A stretch of 64,000 nucleotides of DNA, taken from contig CAVTHO010000006.1 in the NCBI GenBank assembly GCA_963734545.1, positions 96,001 to 160,000 of the forward strand, in the 5' to 3' direction. Positions 63,618 through 64,000 of the stretch are shown one piece after another. This DNA is from an uncultured Spirochaetota bacterium (GTDB lineage Bacteria > Spirochaetota > Spirochaetia > SZUA-6 > Fen-1364). Position 1 is the stretch's first letter; every line of letters starts with the position of its first letter. The notes under the pieces are model-generated. The model worked only from the letters and a program-made list of their open reading frames with translations, was not told the origin of the DNA and did no database searches. The position numbers and the translations under genes are program-made.

Positions 63618-64000
63618 ATGATCGACGTTTTGTGTCTCTGCGTGCACAACTCCGCCCGGAGCCAGATGGCGGAAGCGTATTTCAGCAAGTTCGGACCGGA
63701 TCTTTTCCACGCTGAAAGCGCCGGCCTGGAGCCGGGGATGCTCAACCCTTACGTGATCAGGGCGTTGAGGGAGGAAGGCATCGACATCTCCGGCAAGAAG
63801 ACACAGGACGTCTTCGCGCTCTACAAGGAAGGGCGCACGTACCAGTACGTGATTACTGTCTGCTCAAAAGAAGCCGCGGAAAGATGCCCCGTTTTTCCCG
63901 GGAGATCGCACAAGCTGCACTGGCCTTTCCCTGATCCTTCGACATTCAGGGGGGATGACGAAACGGTGATGGCGCAGGTGCGCGAAGTGCGGGACGCAAT
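63618..64000 (+). CDS. arsC: LMW-PTP-type arsenate reductase (runs off the window)
   Basis: Manual translation [20 protein letters not shown]...ESAG...VITVC....ERCPVFPG...HWPFPDP. Confidence 0.88.
   Translation, partial: MIDVLCLCVHNSARSQMAEAYFSKFGPDLFHAESAGLEPGMLNPYVIRALREEGIDISGKKTQDVFALYKEGRTYQYVITVCSKEAAERCPVFPGRSHKLHWPFPDPSTFRGDDETVMAQVREVRDA

Overview
GC-rich bacterial chromosomal segment, probably from a free-living spirochaete (inferred from CheX, LxSC-type lipoproteins, FabV, a Borrelia-like mevalonate gene set and a spirochaete-like Udk). Single-base frameshifts hit more than 20 otherwise intact genes and look like long-read assembly errors. Left to right: a CoA-disulfide-reductase-family gene with its Crp/Fnr regulator; a tandem glycine riboswitch and gcvT-H-PA-PB; a lipoprotein/FecR operon; aldo-keto reductase; a cytochrome c membrane protein; CBS protein; mannobiose epimerase plus GH130 phosphorylase; M50 protease; udk; an arabinan locus (2x GH43, ABC transporter, GH51, ArsR-type regulator); PPi-PFK; PduO plus a flavin reductase; fabV/SDR/fabZ; pirin; acs; a six-gene mevalonate pathway in two convergent operons; a ~19 kb chemosensory/second-messenger cluster; and the start of arsC. 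Two things stand out. (1) The cluster has two sigma54 promoters sharing an enhancer motif. It encodes a standalone Cache-like protein, an MCP, CheY, CheX, an apparent CheA-CheC fusion, CheD, CheR, CheB, ComFB, REC-HD-GYP, CheW, a HEAT-repeat adenylate cyclase, a pseudokinase-REC and a REC-PAS kinase. (2) A family of ~24-bp NNTA-loop palindromic repeats occurs between genes and also in-frame inside at least three coding sequences, with compensatory stem changes. GTAG/CTAG-bounded ~80-bp elements also occur. No CRISPR array, tRNA, rRNA or transposase was seen.
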